In this document: positions 10,499 to 19,390 of the stretch, one piece after another | Layout: every line of letters begins with the position of its first letter | Numbering within the stretch: the first letter of the stretch is position 1 | DNA from: a virus | Taxonomy: Duplodnaviria > Caudoviricetes | DNA: 28,488 bases | Reading direction: 5' to 3' (one strand) | IMG/VR virus record: IMGVR_UViG_3300022821_000085 | Location: 1-28,488 of that record | The notes under the pieces: generated by a model | The model's database searches: none | The model's input: only the letters and a program-made list of their open reading frames with translations | What the model was told of the DNA's origin: nothing | Made by a program: the position numbers and the translations under genes

Positions 10499-11278
10499 TT
10501 ATCTACTGTCTATTGACACTGCTTCTAATACTGATTGCTCGTCTTTTGCTCTATTACCGTATGCTTTAGCAATAGAACCAACTCGACCTGTTGTTACATC
10601 TCCTTCTAGTTTTAAGACTTCATCTCTTAATTTTGTAAAAGAGTCAAGGTTGTTTATTCGTGCCATTTCTAAACAAGGCTTTAAATAAAAGTATTCTTGA
10701 TGGTATGGATAACCTGCTGTTTTCGTTGTATCTGTTGACACAAAGTAATCTGATTCTCTGTTTATAAAAATCTTAACACCCTGTTCTCCCTCTGTTCCAA
10801 TTCTCCAGTTCCAAGTAGGTAAAACATCTAAGAAAATACCGTTTGCTGTCTTGTCGTATCTAATGGGCTGTCCTGTTGTGTTCTTACCATCCCAAAATGC
10901 TTGCATGTTAGAATCTGTTTCTTGGTCTACTGGGAATATTTCATAATAAACTCCTGCTTCGTCTTTTATCATTACTTTGTAGATATCTAGTATCATATTT
11001 CCACTACCATCTGCTGAAAAATTGTAATCTCTTTGAAGTGCTATAAGGTCTGTTTCAATGATGTTGTAGTCTGTGTGGTTTTTACTATCTAATTGCCATG
11101 TCCCGCTAGCCTGAACTCCAATAGAAAAATATGTATCAAGTGAGTTGTTTACTCGTGCTGTAAATTGCTTTAATCTTGTTGCATTACCTGAAATAGCACC
11201 AGATGTGTAACCTAGTTCTTCTTCTGCTAGTTGAACTAGCCCTCGTAAATTTGTTATGTCGTTAAATTGAATTGCCAT
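10499..11278 (-). CDS. head-tail adaptor (tail tubular A / P22 gp4-like); start revised to 11278 (MAIQFNDIT)
   Basis: Position after capsid genes; the ATG at 11278 lies 7 nt from TGGTATAAT, whereas the track start at 11323 is a TTG inside a hairpin. Confidence 0.55.
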   Translation of the reverse strand: MAIQFNDITNLRGLVQLAEEELGYTSGAISGNATRLKQFTARVNNSLDTYFSIGVQASGTWQLDSKNHTDYNIIETDLIALQRDYNFSADGSGNMILDIYKVMIKDEAGVYYEIFPVDQETDSNMQAFWDGKNTTGQPIRYDKTANGIFLDVLPTWNWRIGTEGEQGVKIFINRESDYFVSTDTTKTAGYPYHQEYFYLKPCLEMARINNLDSFTKLRDEVLKLEGDVTTGRVGSIAKAYGNRAKDEQSVLEAVSIDSR

Positions 11279-11299
11279 TTGTCTAATTATACCATTATT

Positions 11300-11347
11300 T
11301 AGTATACTCACTCCAAACCCCAATAAAGGGTCTGAATGAATATGCTA
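11300..11347 (-). terminator. long intergenic hairpin after the capsid operon (terminator or processing stem)
   Basis: Minus strand UAGCAUAUUCAUUC-AGACCC...GGGUUU-G-GAGUGAGUAUACUA pairs over ~20 bp with G-U pairs; no clear U-tract. Confidence 0.5.
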
Positions 11348-11348
11348 G

Positions 11349-11759
11349 TTAGTCAGGCACAACTGCTGTTGCGACTGCACCTATAGCTGTAAATCCTTGT
11401 CCCATCCAACCGATAGTGTTATCAATTTTAGTGAATCTGTGGATTTGTGTAGCTAGAATAAGATATTCTTTTGTTCCATCACTATTCTCTGAGTTAATTT
11501 CCTCATCTGAATCTTCTGGTGTTCTAACTTCTGAGTTAGCTGCACCTGCTACGATAGTTACTACGTGTCCAACTGGTACTGATGTGAGTGAAGGTAAAAC
11601 TGTAAAGTCTGTAACTCCGTTCGCATTAGCTTCCAATCTGACTGATGTAACACCTGCATTAATACTGTTAGTTGCAAGTTGACTTGAATTTGGTACAAGT
11701 GTTTGTGCTTCTATTTTAACTGTATCGAATGTAGGATTTTTTCCATTTGATAGTGCCAT
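11349..11759 (-). CDS. putative capsid decoration / minor head protein
   Basis: 136 aa beta-rich gene directly downstream of the capsid gene. Confidence 0.45.
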   Translation of the reverse strand: MALSNGKNPTFDTVKIEAQTLVPNSSQLATNSINAGVTSVRLEANANGVTDFTVLPSLTSVPVGHVVTIVAGAANSEVRTPEDSDEEINSENSDGTKEYLILATQIHRFTKIDNTIGWMGQGFTAIGAVATAVVPD

Positions 11760-11800
11760 AATGTTTTTATGTTAGTTAATAATATTACCTTTAAAGTAAA

Positions 11801-12649
11801 TTACGCTACTAGCACATCATACAAAATTGGTGCCATTTTAGTCCAAGCGTTGAATTTGTAATCAATTCTTGATTCTAGTCCTAGTCCTGAAATTTGAGCT
11901 GATGAAACAACTGGGTTAACAATTTGTTTCATTTTTCCGTAAGTTGATTTAACAATTCCAACGTGAAATGCTTTCTTTACTCCAGCAAATACGTGACCTG
12001 ACACGTTCTTTGATGTTGAATAATGTTCTACACCAAGGTATGAGAAACCTTGTTTGATTCCGTTGTTTAGAACGTTATCTGCTGTGTTGAAACCTTGTGA
12101 TGCTGCTAGTCTTTCAACTTTAGCGAAATCAGCTTCTCTCCATTGGATGAAGATTCCGTTTCGGTCAGCCATTTCTCCTCCTCCTGCTGTTCTGATTGCA
12201 GTTTTGATTTCTACAACGATGTCATCGATGTTTGAAGTCGCTACTGTAATGTTTCCTGCTGCACCTCCAATTGAAGCGTTGTCGAAGTTTGTCCATGAAG
12301 CGTGTCCTGCAAGCATTGCAGTTTCCATAGTTTCGTTCAACATTGTTCCCATATTGTCAGCAATTTCCATGAAGTCGCTGAATGACTTTTGAGCTAAGTC
12401 AGCTTCATCAATATGTTGTGCTGAATATTTGTAAGTGTTGATTGTTACTGTATCATCTGTTGTAGCTGATGCTGTAGATGTGTAACCTGTTCCTCTAGTT
12501 CCTGTTCCTATTGTTGAATCTGTTAGATAAGGATTGTGTAGGACTCCTGTGTCTGTGTAAGAAACTTTACAAACCTCTTTCCACACTGCTGGTGCAGATA
12601 GACGTTCTTGTAATTTTGTTTCAAACTCTTCTGATGGTACGATTGAAAT
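11801..12649 (-). CDS. major capsid protein (HK97 fold, P22-coat-like); 5' end unresolved
   Basis: Follows the scaffold gene; frame stays open upstream of the track's GTG (12586) as ISIVPSEEFETKLQERLSAPAVWKEV, with no ATG before the TGA at 12677-12679. Confidence 0.8.
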   Translation of the reverse strand: MSIVPSEEFETKLQERLSAPAVWKEVCKVSYTDTGVLHNPYLTDSTIGTGTRGTGYTSTASATTDDTVTINTYKYSAQHIDEADLAQKSFSDFMEIADNMGTMLNETMETAMLAGHASWTNFDNASIGGAAGNITVATSNIDDIVVEIKTAIRTAGGGEMADRNGIFIQWREADFAKVERLAASQGFNTADNVLNNGIKQGFSYLGVEHYSTSKNVSGHVFAGVKKAFHVGIVKSTYGKMKQIVNPVVSSAQISGLGLESRIDYKFNAWTKMAPILYDVLVA

Positions 12650-12659
12650 ATTGTTTAGT

Positions 12660-13317
12660 ATGACTGCTTTATATCTTCAAATTAAATATGCTATATTGGG
12701 GTTAATATCTTTTTGTATTTTTCTTCAAATAAATGTTCCTTATAAAAAGTTTTCATATGGCATTTTCTACACAAAGTTATTCCATTATTAATGTCAAACT
12801 TTATATTCATATCATTTCTTAATGGAACAATATGATGAGGTTCCAAGCGACCTCCAATGGTTCTACATTCCTGACAAGTAAAATCATCTCTTTCAAAGAT
12901 AGTTTTTCTCCAATCCTTCCACTCGCCACCACCCCTTAGCCTTTGCTTTTCTAACTGGGCAGTTCTATTTTTAATCCATCTGGGGTGTTTTGTACCCACT
13001 CTTGAACGAGCAGATTGTTTTTGTTTTTCTGATGTTGTTTTTCCTAGATTAGAATAAACAAACTCTGGTCTACTTTTAGCAGAACAAGATAGTGAACAAA
13101 ATTTAGATTTTTTAGCATTCTTATAGTTTGCTTCATAATCTTTTTTACAATACTCACAAGTTTTGATAGTAACTTTTCTCCCTTTAAAATATTTCTTTCT
13201 GTTGGTATGGGTTCTACCCTTGTTTATGAGTTTGTGCTTTTCTGTTCTTTGGTAAACTCCTGATGGCATATTAACCACATTATAGCATATTTAATTGTGA
13301 ATGAGCTTCGGCGTCAT
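12660..13317 (-). mobile_element. inverted-repeat-bounded HNH insertion at the capsid gene start (intron-like element)
   Basis: Arms 12676-12708 and 13268-13301 (perfect 16-bp and 9-bp blocks); outer ATGAC-GC (13317-13311) pairs with GC-A-GTCAT (12667-12660). Confidence 0.7.
12691..13269 (-). CDS. HNH homing endonuclease with N-terminal basic/zinc-ribbon DNA-binding regions
   Basis: RDDFTCQEC...LEPHHIVP...NGITLCRKCH HNH core; CEYC...FCSLSC zinc ribbon; MPSGVYQR start 9 nt after TGCTATAAT. Confidence 0.85.
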   Translation of the reverse strand: MPSGVYQRTEKHKLINKGRTHTNRKKYFKGRKVTIKTCEYCKKDYEANYKNAKKSKFCSLSCSAKSRPEFVYSNLGKTTSEKQKQSARSRVGTKHPRWIKNRTAQLEKQRLRGGGEWKDWRKTIFERDDFTCQECRTIGGRLEPHHIVPLRNDMNIKFDINNGITLCRKCHMKTFYKEHLFEEKYKKILTPI

Positions 13318-13341
13318 CTTTAGTTAATTTATTAATTTAAC

Positions 13342-13887
13342 TTAAGAGTTGTAGAAAGTTCCTGATGAATCATCTTTTTTAATTCGTGCGTTTACTACGT
13401 CACGTCTTAATTGCTGTTCTGATGCTGGTGGTAATTCTCCTTTTGCTATCCAATATTCTACTGAATCTGATGTTGAATTATTTGAGCGTTTACTACCTTC
13501 TGGATTAGCTTGTTCAGTTGTTTTAGTTTCTCTTAAAGTTTTAAGTTCTAATTGAAAGTAAGTGCTGTCCAAAAGTGCTTCTAAGTCTTTTCCTGTCTCT
13601 TTAGATAGTTTCCTAGCTAAATCTTTTTCATCTGATTCTTTAATGCCATTAGCAATTAAGTATGCAGATTCTCCTAAGTTATTTGATTCTTGTTTTACTT
13701 CTTTTTCTTCCGTTACGCCTAACTTTTTGTTAGTTTGCTCTAATTGTCTAGTTAGTCTTGAGCGTCTTGCTTCTAACGTTTCTGTAGGTTTTTTGATTTC
13801 GGCTTTATCCTCAACTTCTTCTTCGTCAAGTTCAATGTCAATATCTTCTTCTACATCTTCGTTTAATTCTTCGTTTTCTTCGTTCAT
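13342..13887 (-). CDS. capsid scaffolding protein
   Basis: Very acidic N-terminus, coiled coil, located between portal region and capsid gene. Confidence 0.7.
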   Translation of the reverse strand: MNEENEELNEDVEEDIDIELDEEEVEDKAEIKKPTETLEARRSRLTRQLEQTNKKLGVTEEKEVKQESNNLGESAYLIANGIKESDEKDLARKLSKETGKDLEALLDSTYFQLELKTLRETKTTEQANPEGSKRSNNSTSDSVEYWIAKGELPPASEQQLRRDVVNARIKKDDSSGTFYNS

Positions 13888-13966
13888 ATATATGTTTTAA
13901 GGTCATTCAGTGTGGAATGATACACATGTTATAAGTATTTTTTATGGGTGAAATATAACCAAACTA

Positions 13967-14599
13967 CTATTCGTAGTGTATTGTAACGTCTAATGTGTTT
14001 GCAATAGTTGCAAGTAACCCATTTGAAAACGATACATCTCCTAAATCATGATAACCGATAGCTGGTGTTATTGTGTTATTAATTAGTGGTGATACATTAA
14101 GTCCACCTGTAAGTGTGGGGTCTCCCCATAGGTTAGCTGCATCACTTGACAATGTTGCGACTTCATTGTATGAAGTTCCCACTGCTAATGCTTCTACCAC
14201 TTGAGTAGTATCCGTATTTGTAGTTCCTGCTACAAAAGCGTTAGCTACTGTTTCAGAACCATAAGTAGTTCCTCCACCTGCTGATTTATTGATAGCACTC
14301 TTAATATTGTCTAATGCTGTTGCATCTGATACACCAATGAGAACTTCGTTTGCTGTTGTTGATGCTGTTAGAGTTGTCTTAAATGTATAAGTTTGTCCTC
14401 CAATAGATACTGTGTCGTCGTCTACGATTGCTGCCGCTACTGTGAATGTTCCTGTGGCTTTAATTCCTGCCTCAGTTGCAGTAAATCCATCATTGAACTC
14501 AATAGTTCCTGTTGATGTAGAATTTACATACATCCCCTTTAATACTCCTGTTATTGCTTTTACTTGCGATGTTGCCGTTAAGTTTTTATATTTATTCAT
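13967..14599 (-). CDS. virion structural protein with probable inserted domain
   Basis: Thr/Ala/Gly-rich beta protein in the head module; own extended -10 at 14608-14616. Confidence 0.55.
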   Translation of the reverse strand: MNKYKNLTATSQVKAITGVLKGMYVNSTSTGTIEFNDGFTATEAGIKATGTFTVAAAIVDDDTVSIGGQTYTFKTTLTASTTANEVLIGVSDATALDNIKSAINKSAGGGTTYGSETVANAFVAGTTNTDTTQVVEALAVGTSYNEVATLSSDAANLWGDPTLTGGLNVSPLINNTITPAIGYHDLGDVSFSNGLLATIANTLDVTIHYE

Positions 14600-14621
14600 A
14601 TGTTTATATTATACCACACTA

Positions 14622-14951
14622 CTACTCTGCCTCGTTTATTAAATCTTCAATCACAACTTCCTCTTTTTTGATAGTTTTTAGTTGGTCAAAACCGTTTAAG
14701 ATTGTATGCACTCCTTCAAATTTAGCTCTTAGTTGTTCTCCTAATTCGTCATTAGTAATATTCTTGTTTTCTGAGTAAGCATTAGCAATAAGTGAGAAAG
14801 CTCCGTTTCTTTGGTTAAGCTTTTCATCTTTATTAACTACACCATCTGAATATAGGATTGCGAATAAGATTTTTTTAACTGCTTCAAACATTGCTTCATC
14901 TTTACAAAATGCTTCAATCTTTGCTACTTCTAGGTCGTTTAAATTTTCCAT
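14622..14951 (-). CDS. hypothetical protein (head module)
   Basis: 109 aa ORF tightly coupled to the portal gene. Confidence 0.6.
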   Translation of the reverse strand: MENLNDLEVAKIEAFCKDEAMFEAVKKILFAILYSDGVVNKDEKLNQRNGAFSLIANAYSENKNITNDELGEQLRAKFEGVHTILNGFDQLKTIKKEEVVIEDLINEAE

Positions 14952-14953
14952 AA

Positions 14954-16735
14954 TTATTGTTTAGTTTTTAATTCTTGTTCTGATACTGGTGTCTTTATTT
15001 TAGCAGCAGGTGCTTCTGGTGTTTGCTGAACTCCTCTTGTGATTTGTGCAAAATCTATTGCACTCATTCCTGATTCTTCTAGCAATTCGTTATAACTTTT
15101 AGCTAGTCCTGGAATAGTTGCAAAGGCTTGTGGATTTGCCAAGATATTACTTAGTAACTTAGAAATCTTATCAGCGTTCTGTGCCATGTTTCTTTGTTTA
15201 CCTGCAATGTTTACAAACACTTTAACTGGAATATCTTTAAGCTCATCTTTAACCACTTCCATAAATCTTTTGTTACCACCCTTCATTAAGTTTTCTTTAA
15301 TAACTCTAGCTAAAGCATCCTTGTCTTCTGGTGTGTAAGTTCTACCTTCAAGCATTCCTTCTTTTAATCTAGTATTAACTAAATTGTCTGAAATAGCTGT
15401 TGCAATTTCTTCTAACTCATCAAGAGATAAATCTTCTGAGAATTTAACACCTTTATTCATATCTTTAACTAGATAACTTAATATCCAATCTCGATACAAA
15501 ACATCTGCAAAGAAAGTAGCAATCTTACCTCTACGGTATTCATGTATTCCTTCTCCTTGTTGTACTACTAGGTCTTGTAATGCAAATGGTGTTCCTGATA
15601 CTGGGTTTCTACCTAATGCTCCGTCAGAAGCTGAACCAAGCATCCTAGCGTTGTTTTCTTGTTGTGTTTGGTAGTTAGTTAGCTCTGTAACATTTTGTAG
15701 GTTCATGTCTACTCTTGAAATAGGTCTTCCCGGCTCATGTTTAAGGATTCTCATTTCTTTAAGGTCTGAAATCTTTTTGTTTCCATATTCTTCACTATCA
15801 GTCTGCAATAGATTTACAGCACTGTCAAGCATACCTTTAATCTTGATTCCTGAGTAATTATTCCATACTTGTGGTTCAAATAGTCTTTCTACAATAGATT
15901 TTCCACAAGCTCTACCGTGTGAACGAACTTGGTCAATCTTCAATGCTTTGAAGTTAGCTGATATTTCTTTGTCTTTACCTTTAAATAGTTCAATACCATT
16001 CTTTGAGCCATCTTCTGATGTGTAATAAGTAACAATATGTAGTTGTGGTGTGTAAACATTTTCGTCTCCGTCTTCATCTAGCCATGTTTCTTTAAAAGAA
16101 CCCCTAAGTTCATAAACTTCTATATATTTAGATGGTGTTTTTACCTTTCTATCAGTTGCTGTTGAAATACTCTTGCTTGCTTGAGCCATTGTAATAGATT
16201 CGTCAATCTTATCATCGTTCCATTTACCTTTATAGCTTAATAGTTGTGGGATTGTGTACTGATGTTTGATACATAATGCTCCTGAAAGAATATCTGTCTG
16301 GTCACAAAATGCAATGTCTTGTAGTTTAACTACTTCTGGTCTTGATTGGTTTAGATTCTTAATCAATACAAGGTCATAAATAACTGAGCTTTCTACTACC
16401 TCATCAATAAACGTATCTAGCTCGTTAGTTCTAGCCCATTGTGGGTGAAACTTTTTAATTAAAAATGATTTGTAATTTTCTTCTATGTCATCAACAAAAG
16501 GCACAATGTCTTTAACATCAAATCCTTCTAAACGAAAAGCTACGTCAATAATTGGTGTAACAATATCATTGTATGGTCGCATCCCGTCATTCTTTCCTTT
16601 ATGAAACCAACCGTTAGAAACATTCATACATCTTTCGATGTGGTCTTTCATGTTCCATTCCTTAGAGTTAGTCAAAGGAACTTGCTCTGTTGCCCAAGTT
16701 GTTTCTTCTAGTTTTATATAATCAAATACATTCAT
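14954..16735 (-). CDS. portal protein
   Basis: 593 aa downstream of the terminase; GKSIVERLFEPQ...N pattern and helical C-terminus typical of P22-like portals. Confidence 0.75.
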   Translation of the reverse strand: MNVFDYIKLEETTWATEQVPLTNSKEWNMKDHIERCMNVSNGWFHKGKNDGMRPYNDIVTPIIDVAFRLEGFDVKDIVPFVDDIEENYKSFLIKKFHPQWARTNELDTFIDEVVESSVIYDLVLIKNLNQSRPEVVKLQDIAFCDQTDILSGALCIKHQYTIPQLLSYKGKWNDDKIDESITMAQASKSISTATDRKVKTPSKYIEVYELRGSFKETWLDEDGDENVYTPQLHIVTYYTSEDGSKNGIELFKGKDKEISANFKALKIDQVRSHGRACGKSIVERLFEPQVWNNYSGIKIKGMLDSAVNLLQTDSEEYGNKKISDLKEMRILKHEPGRPISRVDMNLQNVTELTNYQTQQENNARMLGSASDGALGRNPVSGTPFALQDLVVQQGEGIHEYRRGKIATFFADVLYRDWILSYLVKDMNKGVKFSEDLSLDELEEIATAISDNLVNTRLKEGMLEGRTYTPEDKDALARVIKENLMKGGNKRFMEVVKDELKDIPVKVFVNIAGKQRNMAQNADKISKLLSNILANPQAFATIPGLAKSYNELLEESGMSAIDFAQITRGVQQTPEAPAAKIKTPVSEQELKTKQ

Positions 16736-16736
16736 G

Positions 16737-17018
16737 TTAGAAAATTAAGTTTTTAATAAGTGTTTCCATAAAGTATTTATTGTAAAACAATTTCTTTCCT
16801 TCTTGTAAAAAATACAGTCTGTCTAGTGTCTTGCCCTCCTTTGTTACTTTAAGTATTACTTTAGTTCTTAAAAACTCTGGCTCTACTGACAAAATAGATT
16901 CTCTCAAGTCATCTGTATCAAATTCAAATACCTCATCGTTAAGACTTATTACTAAATGAAATTCTGGTTCTTTTGCAGGTGCTTTCTTTTCTGCAACTGT
17001 TTTTGTAGGTGTTGACAT
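16737..17018 (-). CDS. hypothetical protein
   Basis: 93 aa ORF between terL and portal with TGGTATAAT 10 nt upstream. Confidence 0.6.
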   Translation of the reverse strand: MSTPTKTVAEKKAPAKEPEFHLVISLNDEVFEFDTDDLRESILSVEPEFLRTKVILKVTKEGKTLDRLYFLQEGKKLFYNKYFMETLIKNLIF

Positions 17019-17039
17019 ATATGTTTAAATTATACCATA

Positions 17040-18599
17040 TTAAATAGCCTCGTTAGATTCTTTTAAATCGTCAAAACTATATTCCATTAAAGGTTTACTT
17101 GGTCTAGCATGTTGATTCATTTGCCATGCAATACAACAAGCCATTAGTAAGTCGTTGTGTCGTGTTGCTAATCTTATGTCTACATCTCTGTCAATCATAT
17201 CGTTCCTTGAGTAGTATTTAGCTTCATTTATTAGGTCTTTGTCGTTTAGCTCCAACAAACCTGATTCAATAGCCTCACGAAGACCTGAGAGCATTGTAGA
17301 CTTATTTAAAGAGTTAGTGTTCCAGCCAAAAGTCTGGGGAGCAACTTGATGTATCTTTATAATCCTTCCAACTGCTGTATATAGTTTTGCTCCAAGCTGT
17401 TGAGCTTTTAGGATAGTTTGGTCAAACTTATTATTCTCTGGTGCAATCAAACAACCTCCAAAGATATTAGCCTCTCTAACAATTTCATCACCAAATGCTT
17501 CTGGTAAAATCTCATTGCTATTATAAGTTCCAACTACTTGAGCTGGCACAGTAGAAAAGTCTATAAACACAGATGCAGAGCTATCAAGTCCAACACCTCC
17601 TGCAATATCCATTCCTCCTGCATATCTATGAGAAGGATTGTATTTCTTAAATATTTTAAATCCTGCTAAAGTTTCTATTGGTTCTATTGGTGTCATTCTG
17701 TCTAATGAAGCTCTGTCAAAGTATTGGTCTTTAGATGCACTCGGTTGACATAGATATTCCCCTTCTGGGTCATCAGCATTTTTTAATATTTTTTCTATTT
17801 CTTTTAATGTATATCTATCCCAAGTAGGCTTCCCATCTTCTATAATAGGCACAATCATTATAGATTTGCTGGGCGATAGTTTTTCTGTAACAAGTTTATG
17901 AACATTACCCATTTCTGATATGTAGTTAGCAAGAAATACAGTTGAACCACCTTTTTGTAGTCCTGTTCGTGCTTCTTCCATGTTATCCCAAATATTACGA
18001 GATATAACAGCACTTCTTAATGTTTTGCGTGATTCAATATCGTTAAAGATGATGAGGTCGGGTCTTGCCTCCTCTTGAATAGCTCCACGTTGCTCTGTGC
18101 CGACAGTATCTGACATAACTTTAATACCTGTTGCAGTAGTGAAAGCTCCCATAGTTTCTTCTCTTTTAAACTCTGACTTAATAAATGTGTCTGGGTATAG
18201 TTTTAATATTCTAGGTTGAATAAGCATGTTGTAAACATCAGTACATAACTGTTTAGCGTTAGTTAGGTCGGCTGACAATACTTTATAAAACTTTCGGAAG
18301 TGTGTTGTGTCGTTTAATATACAAAAAGCTATAAACAATTTAGTCTTAACGTCTTTACCGGCTCCACGAAATGCAATATTAATAAAGGTTTCTATGTTTC
18401 CCTTATAAGCGTGTATTAAATTTAATGTCATTTCTTTATGAAACGGTGCGTCTCCTGATTCAAAATACTTATGAAAAAAGTATCTACCCCAAAGATTAAA
18501 CTTTATTAGGATTTTATCATCACTTGTTTCTGGAGTAAAATTGAATAAAGCAATTAACTCTTTTGGATTACCCTGTTTGAGTATTTCTTTTATCGTCAT
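17040..18599 (-). CDS. terL: terminase large subunit
   Basis: Walker A-like AFRGAGKD, Walker B-like LIIFNDIE, RNase H-like GGMDIAGG, APENN and HNDLLMA motifs. Confidence 0.9.
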   Translation of the reverse strand: MTIKEILKQGNPKELIALFNFTPETSDDKILIKFNLWGRYFFHKYFESGDAPFHKEMTLNLIHAYKGNIETFINIAFRGAGKDVKTKLFIAFCILNDTTHFRKFYKVLSADLTNAKQLCTDVYNMLIQPRILKLYPDTFIKSEFKREETMGAFTTATGIKVMSDTVGTEQRGAIQEEARPDLIIFNDIESRKTLRSAVISRNIWDNMEEARTGLQKGGSTVFLANYISEMGNVHKLVTEKLSPSKSIMIVPIIEDGKPTWDRYTLKEIEKILKNADDPEGEYLCQPSASKDQYFDRASLDRMTPIEPIETLAGFKIFKKYNPSHRYAGGMDIAGGVGLDSSASVFIDFSTVPAQVVGTYNSNEILPEAFGDEIVREANIFGGCLIAPENNKFDQTILKAQQLGAKLYTAVGRIIKIHQVAPQTFGWNTNSLNKSTMLSGLREAIESGLLELNDKDLINEAKYYSRNDMIDRDVDIRLATRHNDLLMACCIAWQMNQHARPSKPLMEYSFDDLKESNEAI

Positions 18600-18999
18600 C
18601 TAAGTATTTATCTAATGTGTTATCTACCCTGTCTTGTGTTTCTCTATCTGGTGTTAAGTCTTTACCTCCTTTACCTGTAAGTTCTGTTCTGTCTGAATAA
18701 CCTAAGTCTTTACCTAATGTTTTAAGTGTAAACTGTAAGTTAGAGGTTGATATTCTTTCGTCTTCTGAGTCTAGTAATAAATCTAATCTTAACTCTGCTT
18801 TTCTTATTAGTTTTTCATGTTTCCATGATTGCAAATTAACTCTAAAATCCACTTTATTTTTATTAACCCAATTATCCCACGTTGATGGGTTTATGTCTAG
18901 TGTTTCTTGTATAGATTTATAGTTAAGCCCATCAAGATACAAAGTTCTAATTTTTGTGGTTAACTCCTCATTTAGTATTGTTGGTCTTCCTGCTGTCAT
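18568..18999 (-). CDS. terS: terminase small subunit
   Basis: MTAGRPT start, HTH-like segment, C-terminal RTELTGKGGKDL; overlaps the terL start. Confidence 0.8.
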   Translation of the reverse strand: MTAGRPTILNEELTTKIRTLYLDGLNYKSIQETLDINPSTWDNWVNKNKVDFRVNLQSWKHEKLIRKAELRLDLLLDSEDERISTSNLQFTLKTLGKDLGYSDRTELTGKGGKDLTPDRETQDRVDNTLDKYLDDDKRNTQTG

Positions 19000-19025
19000 A
19001 TATAAATTATACTACTAATCTGTTG

Positions 19026-19098
19026 AGCTGACAAGAGGATTCGAACCCCTGACCTATTCATTACAAGTGAATTGCTCTACCATCTGAGCTATGCCAGC
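19026..19098 (-). tRNA. tRNA-Thr (anticodon UGU), no encoded CCA
   Basis: GCTGGCA/TGTCAGC acceptor stem, GCTC-AGATGGTA-GAGC D arm, ATTCA-CTTGTAA-TGAAT anticodon arm, AGGGG-TTCGAAT-CCTCT T arm. Confidence 0.95.
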
Positions 19099-19376
19099 TA
19101 TTTATTCAATACTAACCATAGTTTTGCTACTGCTTCTTCGGGAGTTTTGCCTAATGTTATTGTTTCCCAACTGTAACCATGTTCTCCACAACAATATTCC
19201 ATTTCACCACATTCCCATTCACCATACTCATTAGATAACTTTGGAAAGTTTTTTCCACAAGCATCTATTAGTTCTGATAGTGAAGTTGTTTGTATAGCAA
19301 GTATTGACCCTGCTATTGTTACATTTTTTGGTTTAAACCCTGTTTTGTGTAATTCCTCTGCTAATTCGTAATCCAT
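19098..19376 (-). CDS. hypothetical protein, paralog of 20196..20537
   Basis: Shared MDYELAxEL..GF, LSELIxACG and PEEAVAxLWLxLN motifs. Confidence 0.7.
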   Translation of the reverse strand: MDYELAEELHKTGFKPKNVTIAGSILAIQTTSLSELIDACGKNFPKLSNEYGEWECGEMEYCCGEHGYSWETITLGKTPEEAVAKLWLVLNK

Positions 19377-19390
19377 ATTATTATATTAGT

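Noticed and set aside
12660-13317. Canonical group I or group II intron, or IS element
   Set aside because: Flanks are too short for the catalytic cores; no GUGYG start or domain V; no transposase. Kept as an unexplained element instead
14954-18599. Inteins or introns in portal or terminase
   Set aside because: Normal lengths, uninterrupted frames, no intein splice motifs recognised
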